Positions 11,871 through 45,419 of a stretch of 64,000 bases of DNA are shown here, one piece after another. Source of the DNA: Macrostomum lignano (lineage: Eukaryota). Positions within the stretch are counted from its first letter, which is position 1. The number at the start of each line of letters is the position of its first letter. A program made the translations under genes and the position numbers. The notes beneath the pieces were generated by a model that saw only the letters and a list, made by a program, of their open reading frames with translations, ran no database searches and had not been told where the DNA came from. The stretch spans positions 1 through 64,000 of the forward strand of contig NIVC01001398.1 in assembly GCA_002269645.1 (NCBI GenBank). Reading direction: 5' to 3'.

Positions 11871-14422
11871 GTGAATCGTTCGAGTTTCGGGCGGATATCT
11901 GTGCCGTCACATCGTTTTGGAACAACATCATCCGATGAGACAGCAGATGAAACCGATGTGCATTCTGCTGGGAGCCCATTTGAAGCGCCGGTTTCTAGGA
12001 AGCCTGCACCTGAATCCAGACCTATGCTTCCAGATCCGTTGCTCCTGTTACCCAATCAACAGCACAGCGCGTGTTTGCCGCCACATGTTTCGTGCAGTTC
12101 TGGCCCATCTGATTTCCAAAATATCATGCACAACGAAGGAGTTGTCCCACAAACCTCCAACAGTGGCGATTCTCTCCTCCGAGAACTAACTGGAGACCTG
12201 CGGGTCACGCCACATTCGTCGGTTTCAAGCGGGAATCATCCGGCTCGGGATCATCAGGGCCGTTTCCATTTGGAGACACAAACAATAGTGAGCAAGTGGG
12301 AGAAAGACTTCCGTTCCGCTGGATTGGACCTTTACTCCAACAGAGGTAATGCAAATCGAAATCCTGCTGTAGAAACTTCATGATAAAGTACTCGTACATG
12401 CGTTGTTCTTGTTCCTGCAGGAATAGTGCATCTACTCGCCCACTTGGTGCGCGACATCAAGATGGTTTCAAAGAACCAGTCGACCACCTCATCTGACGCC
12501 GCTGAGTCTCCGTCACTGGTACATATAGATGATTCACTTGGTGACCTTCCGATGAAAAATGTATCTGAATACCAGAGCTTCTGTCGGAAGATACAAGAAT
12601 CTGGTTTCCAGAACGCTATAGTAAGTCAATTCATGTCTCAATACTTTTATCAAATGTTTATGGGCGCAAAATTGCTTCATATTTCATGAGTTTAACATCA
12701 TTTTAAATAAATACATGTATCACGAAATATTATGCTGCATGCATGAAAAAGTTCTTTGGTACGGTAAATATAAAAATGACTGATGTTGCAGGTGACTCAA
12801 ACGCGCGTCCTTTTACAGATTTCGAAGCTACGACGCCTTGGTGGCAACACTGCTGAAGCCCACACAGCAAGAATAATGGACTTTCTGCTGTCAAGAAAGT
12901 TTCAACAGGCTTTCAATCGGTCTGGTAGGGATTATTCGCAAGCACGAAAAACAAGTGGCAATAAGCTATCATTTGCCAAAACCTTGGAACCGATCGTCAT
13001 TTGTAAGTTAATGTTATGAACTAATGCTCCTGCCAAACCTTTGCTTAGGAATTTATACGTATCATTTCCAAATGTACTTCGTATATTTATATTTACCCGT
13101 TAATGTACCACTAATGTGCACTACTAATATATTTACAGGGGCGTCACCAACGGGGGGGACAGGGGGGACATGTCCACTCCAGTAAAATATCTGGGGGGGG
13201 CATGCCAATGCTTTGTCCCCCCACCCCCACCTTGTGGCCCGTTATTAATTTTTGCTGCATGGTGACAAAATAGCGCCTGCGGCGCTAAAATGAGTGCCTG
13301 TGGCGCTAAAATGAGTGCCTAAGGCGCTAAAATGAGTGCCTGCAGTGCTAAAATGAGTGTCTGCAGTGCTAAAATGAGTGTCTGCAGTGCTAAAATGAGT
13401 GTCTGCAGTGCTAAAATGAGTGTCTGCAGTGCTAAAATGAGTGCCTGTGGCGCTAAAATAAGTGCCTAAGGCGCTAAAATGAGTGCCTAAGGCGCTAAAA
13501 TGAGTGCCTGCAGTGCTAAAATGAGTGCCTGCGGTGCTAAAATGAGTGCCTAAGGCGCTAAAATGAGTGCCTGCAGTGCTAAAATGAGTGCCTGCGGCGC
13601 TAAAATGAGTGTCTGCAGTGCTAAAATGAGTGCCTGCGGTGCTAAAATGAGTGCCTGCGGCGCTAAAATGAGTGCCTAAGGCGCTAAAATGAGTGCCTGC
13701 AGTGCTAAAATGAGTGTCTGCAGTGCTAAAATGAGTGCCTGCGGTGCTAAAATGAGTGCCTAAGGCGCTAAAATGAGTGCCTGCAGTGCTAAAATGAGTG
13801 TCTGCAGTGCTAAAATGAGTGCCTGCGGTGCTAAAATGAGTGCCTGCGGCGCTAAAATAAGTGCCTGCAGTGCTAAAATGAGTGCCTGTGGCGCTAAAAT
13901 AAGTGCCTAAGGCGCTAAAATGAGTGCCTGTGGCGCTAAAATAAGTGCCTAAGGCGCTAAAATGAGTGCCTGTGGCGCTAAAATAAGTGCCTAAGGCGCT
14001 AAAATGAGTGCCTGTGGCGCTAAAATAAGTGCCTAAGGCGCTAAAATGAGTGCCTGCGAAGCAAAAATGAGTGCCTGCAGTGCTAAAATTTGTGCTGACA
14101 ACACCGATTCTGAAAATAATGTACATGTAGGCATTTCGTCGTGTACATGTGCATATAGAATTCTTGGCTTTGTCCCCCCCCACCATAAAATCCATGGCGA
14201 CGCCCCTGTCTATTTACCTGTAATTGTATTTCCATGCAGTTAAAACGATGTCACACAAAAAGTACTCGCGTGCCTACGTGTAAAATGCAGTGAATTTATT
14301 TGCTTTCAGTGGCCGTAACCAAGGCGTTTCCGCAAGCTTCTGAGGAGCGAATCACTCAAAAGATTAAGCGAATGCTGAAAGATTCAAAAGTGAGGGCCAC
14401 GTCAAAGCGACATGAGGAGTGA
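11871..14422 (+). CDS. DUF4806-like transposon accessory protein; exons ..12345, 12421-12620, 12792 or 12819-13002, 14310-14422; 5' end uncertain/degraded
   Basis: LPMKNVSEYQSF...KLRRLGG...RIMDFLL...FNRSG...KLSF...AVTKAFP...IKRML pattern; GT-AG junctions with matching phases (1,0,1). Confidence 0.7.
13136..14208. mobile_element. Non-autonomous hAT-like MITE nested in the last intron of the DUF4806-like gene
   Basis: TIRs CAGGGGCGTCACCA / TGGCGACGCCCCTG; 8-bp flanks tatattta (13128-13135) and tctattta (14209-14216), 7/8 identical. Confidence 0.8.
13277..14090. repeat. 21-bp minisatellite (GCTAAAATGAGTGCCTGCAGT and variants) inside the MITE
   Basis: Direct reading. Confidence 0.97.
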
Positions 14423-14988
14423 ATTTTAAGAGTGCTTAGATGTCTGCATCATGATACGTTTTTAAATACGAACTACTACTCATATATGCTTCTCAAAGAC
14501 GCTGGATATCAAAGTCCATTCATCATAAATTTCTTAGTTTTTAGTTTTTCCGACTTTTTGCGTTGTCTTTTCTAATCGTTGTAATTGTTTTGTTAATTTA
14601 TATACCAAAGCTTCTCTTTACTGCGCTCGTAGTTTCTTTAAAAATAAACCATATTTCAGCTTTTTGTGTTCCATTTTATGCGGTTATTTTGTTCTGATTT
14701 AATGCCGCGCATTCAAAAGATATACTACATGAAGTCACCCTCGTATTGAATATTTAAATTAAGTTATTTATTTAAAGAATTTTGTTTGTTTTGAGGCCAC
14801 ATTCAGAGGCGAAAATCAAAGAAGTATCGCGAAATTTAGGCCGAAAAACTCGACTTCGAATCGACGTCGAATCACCGGGACATCATTCGACGTCGATTCG
14901 GCTTAAAATTTTCGAAGTCGATTCGACGTCGATTTTTACACCGGGTTATTTGTATAACTTTATTGATTATTATATATCTCGATTAAAG

Positions 14989-20422
<5,434 letters not shown>

Positions 20423-21304
20423 GGCGGCCGACCCGGACGCGCTGCGGTGGAGACCAGACACGCCTACCCAGTAGCAGAAATCTTTATTAGATGCTTGTTG
20501 CCGCTAAATAACTCGTAATTTCCCTAACGATATCACTATGCTGCTTTATGGCCTCGCTACTCTTTGTCACTGTAATCTCTCTGAAAATTTTAGTCGATTT
20601 ACCTGTAGAAGGATGTGTTTCGGGGAAGGGTTTTTACCATAGACAATCTTGGTCGAGAACGAAATGAAAATTCGTTAAAGAAACATTTAAAAAAAAAAAA
20701 ATTATTTGGTTTTGTTAAAGCGAATCAACTCTGGGATCAACAGAGGTTTTTTCTTCCATATTCGTACTGGCTAGAAATCTTCCATACAATATTTTTTTTT
20801 CCATCGGTTTGAAAACTTCTCTGCTTTCACAGGTCACCAACTGGCTGCTATTAAAGAAATGTTAAATTGCATCACGCGACTCACTCACTGTGTGTGCTTT
20901 GTTTTCCAAGAACCCTGTTATCGAACTTCCGTTTAGAGCAAGTTTAGGCTGTCTTACCTAGACTGCGTATTGGACCGCTTTTCCAGTGTACAATCTGATT
21001 ATAATCTTTTTTTACTTCCATTTTTACTGTCTGCAGCTGGTTTTGCCTGCGCGGCCCCAGTTTACTACAAGACGACGAAATTTTTAGAATCCTTATCTGT
21101 ACTCTTTTCTTAATGTTTTCCTATAGTCTCCACTAGAAGCAGCCGCAAGTACGGGTTGCCTTGCTATTCTGTGTCTCTAAACAAATCTCAAGTGAAAAAT
21201 GAGGCGATCAAAGCGACGAGAGCTTTTTCGTTTTCCTTTTAAATTCCTGCTGGTTTGTCTAACTTTTCTTGTACTTTAACCGCAGATTTTCTGCCGCCCC
21301 TCTT

Positions 21305-21925
21305 AGGGTGAGAAAGAAGGGGAGAGGCTGAGAGACAGGATGAGAAAGAAGGGGAGAGGCTGAGAGAGGGTGAGAAAGAAGGGGAGAGGCTGAGAGACAG
21401 GGTGAGAAAGAAAGGGAGAGATTGAGACAGGGTGAGAAAGAAAGGGAGAGGCTGAGAGATAGGGTGAGAAAGAAGGGGAGAGACTGAGAGACAGGGTGAG
21501 AAAGAAGGGGAGAGGCTGAGAGACAGGACGAGAAAGAAGGGGAGAGACTGAGAGACAGGGTGAGAAAGAAGGGGAGAGTCTGAGAGACAGAGAGTGAGAG
21601 ACAGGGTGAGAAAGAGGGGGAGACAGAGAGACAGGGTGAGAAAGAGGGGGAGACAGAGAGACAGGGTGAGAAAGAAGGGGAGAGACTGAGAGACAGGGTG
21701 AGAAAGAAGGGGAGAGGCTGAGAGACAGGGTGAGAAAGAAGGGGAGAGATTGAGACAGGGTGAGAAAGAAAAGGAGAGAATGAGAGACAGGATGAGAAAG
21801 AAGGGGAAAGACTGAGAAACAGGGTTAGAAAGAAGGGGGCGAATGAGAGACAGGGTGAGAAAAAAAGGAGAGACTGAGAGATAGGGTGAGAAAGAAGGGA
21901 GGACAGTGAGAGGAAGGGTGAGAGA
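21305..21925. repeat. ~33-bp GA-rich minisatellite (GAGACAGGGTGAGAAAGAAGGGGAGAGGCTGA-like)
   Basis: Direct reading. Confidence 0.93.
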
Positions 21926-22260
21926 ATGCGGAGACGATAGGGAACAAACAAAAAAGGGGAAAATAAGAAGGAAGCCCTGAAGCGGCGCTCCCAAAGTATA
22001 GAAAAAAAGATTGGATCGATTTGCACTTCAAATACCAAATACAAAATGGCAGTCAACTTGCGTATTGGGAAGAAAGATTTGTTTTACAAGCCGATTCCAC
22101 CTTCGAGGAATCGGGGCGGTGCGAACAAGTATTTGCTTAGCTGAACTGAGTTCTCGGTCCCATGGCAACTGCCGAGCAAACAGGAATTCCTACTATCTGC
22201 AAGCTGGCTTTTGAAATTTGTTTCTTAATAATTCTCCCGTCTAAGGAGGGATTTGGCGAA

Positions 22261-23084
<824 letters not shown>

Positions 23085-23085
23085 A

Positions 23086-23477
23086 GACTGGGGAACTGGG
23101 GAACTGGGGAACTGGGGAACTGGGGAACTGGGGAACTGGGGAACTGGGGAACTGGGGAACTGGGGAACTGGGAACTGGGGAACTGGGGAACTGGGGAACT
23201 GGGGAACTGGGGAACTGGGGAACTGGGGAACTGGGGAACTGGGGAACTGGGGAACTGGGGAACTGGGGAACTGGGGAACTGGGGAACTGGGGAACTGGGG
23301 AACTGGGGAACTGGGGAACTGGGGAACTGGGGAACTGGGGAACTGGGGAACTGGAGAACTGGGGAACTGGGAACTGGGGAACTGGGGAACTGGGGAACTG
23401 GGGAACTGGGGAACTGGGGAACTGGAGAACTGGGGAACTGGGGAACTGGGGAACTAGGGAGCTGGAGAGCTGGGGAA
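23086..23477. repeat. (GGGGAACT)n 8-bp repeat
   Basis: Direct reading; abuts the GATA array. Confidence 0.98.
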
Positions 23478-23914
23478 CTATATCTTCCCCATTGCATTTC
23501 TCTTATCTTCCCTTTTGTCCGCATCCGAGCCATGGAAACGCTCTAAAGAAGACATCTACTCGAACTAAGAAGCTTTCGGGCCACCGCGCGCCGAACTTGA
23601 GAAGATATGGAGAGTCGGGGGAGCAGCCGCTGAAGTGGGAGATGAGCCCGCCCCGCCTGTGACAGCCGTGCACAGTGCGGTACAGGGCAGGCGGGAAGAT
23701 AAGAGGGAGAAAACATTTCGCAAGAATCCTTTTTGGTCTCCGCTACCCAAGTAGCAGCAGCTGCTTGCATGCAATTCTGCGCTGACATGAATTATTGATG
23801 CGCATCTACTTAGCTCGCCGCGCGATCAGCAGAATGTGCTCGGGAGGCATTCTGCTTCTCACCTCATTCTCTATCTTCGCGACTTTGCTGTTCTCCTCTC
23901 ACTCAATGTGTCTC

Positions 23915-24625
23915 TCCGTGTCTCTCCCTGCGTCTCTCCCTGTGTCTGTCCCTGTGTCTGTCCCTGCGGTGTCACCGTGCATCTCTCCCTGCGTCTCTCC
24001 CTGCGTCTCTCCCTGCGTCTCTCCATGCGTCTCTCCCTGCGTGTCTCCCTGCGTCTCTTCCTGCGTCTCTCCGTGTGTCTGTCCCTGCGTCTCTCCCTGC
24101 GTCTCTCCATGCGTCTCTCCCTGCGTCTCTCCCTGCGTCTCTCCATGCGTCTCTCCCTGCGTGTCTCCCTGCGTCTCTTCCTGCGTCTCTCCGTGTGTCT
24201 GTCCCTGCGTCTCTCCCTGCGTCTCTCCATGCGTCTCTCCCTGCGTGTCTCCCTGTGTGTCTCCGTGCATCTCTTCCTGCGTCTCTCCCTGCGTCTCTCC
24301 CTGCGTCTCTCCCTGCGTCTCTCCCTGCGTCTCTCCCTGCGTCTCTCCATGCGTCTCTTCCTGCGTCTCTTCCTGCGTCTCTCCGTGTGTCTGTCCCTGC
24401 GTCTCTCCCTGCGTCTCTCCATGCGTCTCTCCCTGCGTGTCTCCCTGCGTGTCTCCGTGCATCTCTTCCTGCGTCTCTCCCTGCGTCTCTCCCTGCGTCT
24501 CTTCCTGCGTCTCTCCGTGTGTCTGTCCCTGCGTGTCTCCCTGCGTGTCTCCCTGCGTGTCTCCCTGCGTGTCTCCCTGCGTGTCTCCGTGCATCTCTTC
24601 CTGCCTCTCTTCATGTGTCTTTCCC
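23915..24625. repeat. 12-bp minisatellite (CTGCGTCTCTCC)n with variants
   Basis: Direct reading. Confidence 0.96.
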
Positions 24626-26835
24626 TGCATCGCTGGCTCTAACCAGCCCATTCTCCATTTCCCTGAGTCTCTACTCATATTAGCCCCTGCATGTCTCACC
24701 CAAGCCATTCCCTACTCAGAGTCTTCCCAACTGGATAATTAAGCGCGAGAAAGCTCCCATTGAGTAGTTATTTAAAGAAATATGAGCAAACCTAAGGATC
24801 AGGCGTAGGCATATAGTAAGTATATATTGATCTGAACAATAAGTGCTGTATGGTGCTGGCCCTGGGCCGGCAAAGTGCACCGCGCGCATCAAGCTGGAGC
24901 CGCTCTCAGGGCACACCCGGCCACTTCAATGCCAGGCTTTATTTAACTTTAACTTCAGACCAGCTGGGGGTGGCGGGGAGGGCGGCTTATCGGGGGCCAA
25001 ACGCCTGAGAGACCCCTCGGCATGAAATCCTCGCCCAAGCACCCGTGCAGGTCTGTGTTGACTCTGCACTCATTGCGATTGCGATGGGGCGGCCGCCTGC
25101 TTGTTGGCCCCGCGACTGCCCCCCCCCCCATCTCAGCCTCCCGCAACCATTTCCCACTCTGTTTAACTAGGGGAGCGCGCGCCCAGGTAAGTCCAAATCG
25201 CTCTTCCTAGCTGTGCTCCCATCCCGGTGCCAGGCTCAAGCACTCCTGTCCCACAATGGGCCTACAGAGCTCACACTGGCCAGTCATTCATTGCCAGCTG
25301 CTGCTGGCTCGACTTCATGGCTTCATCGCTTCCGCTGGGCTTCCGTCTCTGACTGCCCCCCCCCGGGCTGGCCAAACACGGCAGGCTGAGAGCTGGGAAA
25401 GAGTTGCCAGGCAATAGGAGTTATTAATCACGCAGGTCGCACCCCACAGAAATCTAGACCGACTCAAATCACCAAAGCCTACATCTGAGATTCTGAGCTC
25501 ATATTGAAAACCGTCTTCGTCTTATAGAAGAATTATGACTCAATTTGTCATCTTTAGCTCACTGCTCTGCATTGAGGCTGCGTCTTCATCTTGCCGGGCG
25601 TCTAATTACTCTAACAATATCCCAGCTCCCGTGTCAGGCGGAGCGCCAGCCCCGTGTGCTGCTCAGTGTGCTATTGCTATTGGCATGCTGGGGCAAACTT
25701 CCCACTGGCGCGTTTCTTCCCTGTCAGCTCAATTCCCCAATCCCCCCCCCAGACAGACGGGCTTGGGGAGCACAGGAAATTGAATACAAAATACCCCCCC
25801 CCCTGTCCCAAATCCCAGGTGAGCCAGCATTTTAATTATCTGCGGATCTGCACTCGGGCCCCCTGCTCTCCCGTGGAACTGCCGATGCATGAGAAATGCT
25901 TAACTGAGTCCATAGTGGCGCTGCCATATCCCCTTCACTTCTCCCTTATTCTCAGACCTGCACTGAGTCGCACTGCTCCCCGTAACACCTTCCCGAATTT
26001 CATACCCTCTCTGCTTCGGCCCAAAAAATATTTGGGTGGAGATTCCTAAAAAACATAAACCCCTAAGCTCGGGCTAATCTCGCCTCGCTATCCACCCCCC
26101 CCCCCCCGAGGATTTGCGCAGTGCAGCCGCGGACTCCGTCAGGGGCGAAGGCTTCATAGAGAACAGCAGAACTGCCCAAACTACAAAACTGCACGCACTG
26201 AAGGCGACGACTCCCACTGCTGAGAGTCGGAGAGATTTGGCTATAGCAAGAAATCAGAAGCCCTTTCTCTCGATCCCCAAACGCCCAATGCCGCCCCCAA
26301 TCCCGCTGATCCGCAATATTGTCCCGCAGCGGGGGTGGGGGTTGGGCGATAGCTTCTTCGCCTTGGAGGGAGAAACTCTTGGACTGGCTGAATCGGGGGA
26401 GTGGGGCGGGGGGCGGTAGGACAAGCTGGCAGTAGCAGCAGCTCCCCCTCCACCCCAAATCCCACAACCTCCACGGCTGCATGGGCGAAGCAGCGGCGGT
26501 CTGTTTGGCCCCCTCGGAGCACGCAGCCCCCCATCCCTCGCGCCCGAGATCGGCTTAGCCAGGCACAGGAGTTGGAAATGAAGTGCAGGGGGGGGGCAGC
26601 CCTGCAGTCCCTCTGCTTGGCTTTTCTTCTCTGTTTCTCTGCAGAGATCCGCTGCCATTGGTTGTCGGACAGCAGCAGGGCCAGGGGCCTCCGCCTCTGC
26701 CCCCCACTCAACTCGTCCGGAATAAAAAGGCCCATTCTCGGCACTGCAGCGGCCCTTCTCAGCCCCAAGGCAGCAGAAATCTTAGGGTGAGACGCAGCAG
26801 TAGAAACAGCGCAGTTTATATCGCCCAGGCAGCCA

Positions 26836-42291
<15,456 letters not shown>

Positions 42292-43884
42292 AAGTACGAG
42301 TAAGTTGGAGCTCGAGGTCACATAAACGCCTTGTTTGGCTAACGTCTCTTCAATAGTGACTTCATTTTGAAAATTCTGCCCAGTTTACCGAGCTATTTAA
42401 ATTTATCGCTAATTTTCAACTCGTTTCAAATTGGCCCCGTCTTGCTTTGGGAAGAGAAAATGTTTCCATAGCTTTATCTTGTAGAAGTCTTCATTTTTCA
42501 AAGGCCCGTTCACATTGTCTATAATATCTTAGAGGGTCAAATATTGCTAAAAGCGATTATAAATGGCTTTATACGTAGATCAATGTGCATTGACTTTTGC
42601 AATTTTTGACTCGCGGAGCTACTATAAGTGGTAATGTCAACCGGCCTTGAGAAAGCCATTTTAAGGTGTTTTAGACGCCCGTAACATTATTGATGCTAGC
42701 AAGAATTGACTAGTTTGGAAGCCCACAAAGCGATGAAAATACGATGTACATCTAGATATCTCTCCCCTAGAGAGGGATAGAAATTTATGTACACCAGCCA
42801 ATCCTCTGCCCCAAAGATTGTACACTCTCCCTCTATCCTCTGTCCTCTCTTCATGCTTTCACAGCCCCGCGAGTGTACATTGCGGCCGGCAGTGTGTATG
42901 AGATCCAGTTCAATCAGGGCATAGATAATAGTTCATTAGACTAGCATTATGAGCCCCCCTTAGGGGCATGCACTAAACCACCCGTGATTGCAGTGATACG
43001 TTTTTGAATGCTTTTCACACCAAGCAGTTTCATATTTGATGCCCCACACAATTTAAGTTGATCAAATTCACTTTTCTTTACCGCGCCTCAACCTTGGCCT
43101 GAACAAAGCAGGCCAGATAAGCCTATTATTACTGAAAGAGAGTGGAGAGAAATAATTGCTTCGTCCTGCGCATGGCATTCAGAACAAAATTCAAATTTTC
43201 AAGCCGTAGGAATGCTTGCTTTCGCTTTAACTGATCATATTTTTGCTGTTTTTATTTGACTAACTTATGTACAAAGCGAATGCTATATATATATGGAAAC
43301 TGGCATATTTAGTCCTAGGGTTTTGCGAAACTAACTAAATGCTTCTCCCATGCTACAAAGACCCACCTAAACTGTAATGCAAGCACCGTTCAGAAACTAG
43401 GTCCGCCACGATTTAGCCAGTTTTGCACTGTGCCACCCAACTCAGCCGGCCTGTTTGCCTAGTAACTAGTCAGTAAATTATCTTTTTGTGAGCTAATTAT
43501 GAGCACGGGTGCCCTTTGTGTCCATTTTTCGCGACCCAAAACAGACTCTGATTGGCACCGTATTGCGACAGACACGGCAGAACTTTAAGGGAATCTTATT
43601 TAGCGATGGACCTTCCCTATTTATCTTAATAACTGATTTGTTGTTGTTTCACTTTGGAATATTAATAGACAGTTGCTCCTCAAGTTATATACATATATAT
43701 GTATATTAAATATGAATATTTGAAGAAATAATGAGCTCCAAATATAATATCTAAGTCAGTTTTGCTTGCAACTCGAGAGCCGTGTTTGAAATGTAGACTA
43801 CTTACTCATTTGGTGTTTTCATTTGGTTGCACATTTTTAAATCCTCGAAACTTAGAGATGACCTAACCAAAAGACCCAGAGTTG

Positions 43885-44515
43885 AGACTCTGATTCACTC
43901 GGAAATGACATCCTGATTCATTCGGAGTTGACATCACGATTCACTCGGAGTTGACATCCTGATTCATTCGGAGTTGACATCCTGATTCATTCGGAGTTGA
44001 CATCCTGATTCACTCGGAATTGACATCCTGATTCACTCGGAATTGACATCCTGATTCATTCGGAGTTGACATCCATCCTGATTCACTTGGAGTTGACATC
44101 CCTCCTGATTCACTCGGAATTGACATCCTGATTCATTCGGAGTTGACATCCATCCTGATTCACTTGGAGTTGACATCCCTCCTGATTCACTCGGAAATGA
44201 CATCCATCCTGATTCACTTGGAGTTGACATCCATCCTGATTCATTCGGAATTGACATTCATCCTGATTCATTTGGAGTTGACATCCTGATTCACTCGGAG
44301 TTGACATCCTGATTCATTCGGAATTGACATCCTGATTCACTCGGAGTTGACATCCTGATTCATTCGGAATTGACATCCTGATTCATTCGGAATTGACATC
44401 CTGATTCGCTCGTAGTTGACATCCTGATTCACTCGGAATTGACATCCTGATTCACTCGGAATTGACATCCTGATTCACTCGGAATTGACATCCTGATTCA
44501 TTCGGAATTGACATC
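43885..44515. repeat. 23/27-bp minisatellite (TGACATCCTGATTCAYTCGGART)n
   Basis: Direct reading. Confidence 0.96.
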
Positions 44516-44967
44516 CATCATCCATCGATTTGTCCAAAGTCTTACACATCCTGCAGCTTGCCCATCTGTTCCGCGAAAGAGGGAGCACGGGAGGAGGCTG
44601 AGAACAAGTGCACTGGCAGCTTAGGCCTACAAAACGCATCAGTTTGCCTTTGCTGCAGAGCTTCGAATTTGCTGTCCAAATTACCAGTAATTGCCTATTT
44701 GCATAAGCTTTTAATTGCTGGCGTTCTGGGCGACCACTTCTGCCAGCTTGTGCACACAGAGCCAGTTACGATTGAGCTTGAGCTCCCGTCACTCATGCAA
44801 ACTGGGAACGTATACTCGTACGCAGCCGTTATAGAGAACTTAGAAAAGGTTTATATTTCTACTGATAGTAGATGAAAAGAACATTGCAAGGAAAATTCGC
44901 AACGGTCTTCGAGAAATTTCGCCATTTGCAGCCTTTTAAATAGAAGGATTCGCTGCCGACTCCAGTT

Positions 44968-45096
44968 GGCAGGCTAAGCCAAGCGGTTACTTCGTTAGTG
45001 ATCTATTCGGTAATGATGTTCTGCTTTTAACGGAAACAAGTTGGTTCGATCCCAACCTAACGCCCAAATCAAACTGCTAGCGCAATCCTGCCTTTT
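44968..45096 (+). ncRNA. vtRNA: Vault-RNA-like Pol III gene, copy 1 (129 nt), with embedded tRNA-like domain 44992-45064 (anticodon TTT, Lys)
   Basis: 5' GGCAGGCTAAGCCAAGCGGTTACTTCG matches the recalled vault RNA signature (human vtRNA1-1 GGCTGGCTTTAGCTCAGCGGTTACTTCG). 3' GCTAGCGCAATCCTGCC-TTTT. Terminal helix GGCAGG/CCTGCC, inner helix AGCGGTT/AACTGCT, B box GGTTCGATCC, TTTAAA at about -30. Confidence 0.78.
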
Positions 45097-45419
45097 ACAC
45101 TTTTGACTATTTCTCTTCAGGTTTCTGTTAATCCTAAAAAACTTTTCTGTTTCTTATTGAAGATCCTGAAGAGTTGAACAACTCATCTCAGCACAAAAAA
45201 CTTTATTTGCTGTCTACTTTGGTCCTTGGGGAAAACTGCCACCTAGTTAGCTTATTTAAAAGGCGTTAGCTTATTCTCTTCTCTTCAGTAGCTAAGTCTC
45301 AGTAGCTAAAGTAGAACATCATTACAGTAATAAAATAACCTGCATTAAATGGTGAACCAGCCACTATAAATGGTGAGCCAGCCACTATAAATGGTGAGCG
45401 GCTACAGCACCAGAAGCTG

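Larger units (their letters stand above)
9987..14945. mobile_element. CMC (CACTA/EnSpm-like) DNA transposon, probably non-autonomous, 4959 bp
   Basis: TIRs CCCGGTGTAAAATTCGACGTCGA / TCGACGTCGATTTTTACACCGGG, 2-bp TT flanks on both sides, many subterminal TCGACGTCGA/TCGAAGTCGA repeats, and an internal DUF4806-like gene. No transposase recognised. Confidence 0.8.

Noticed and set aside
43453-43466. Second X-box-like motif GTTTGCCTAGTAAC
   Set aside because: No nearby ciliary gene start; shows such motifs also arise by chance.
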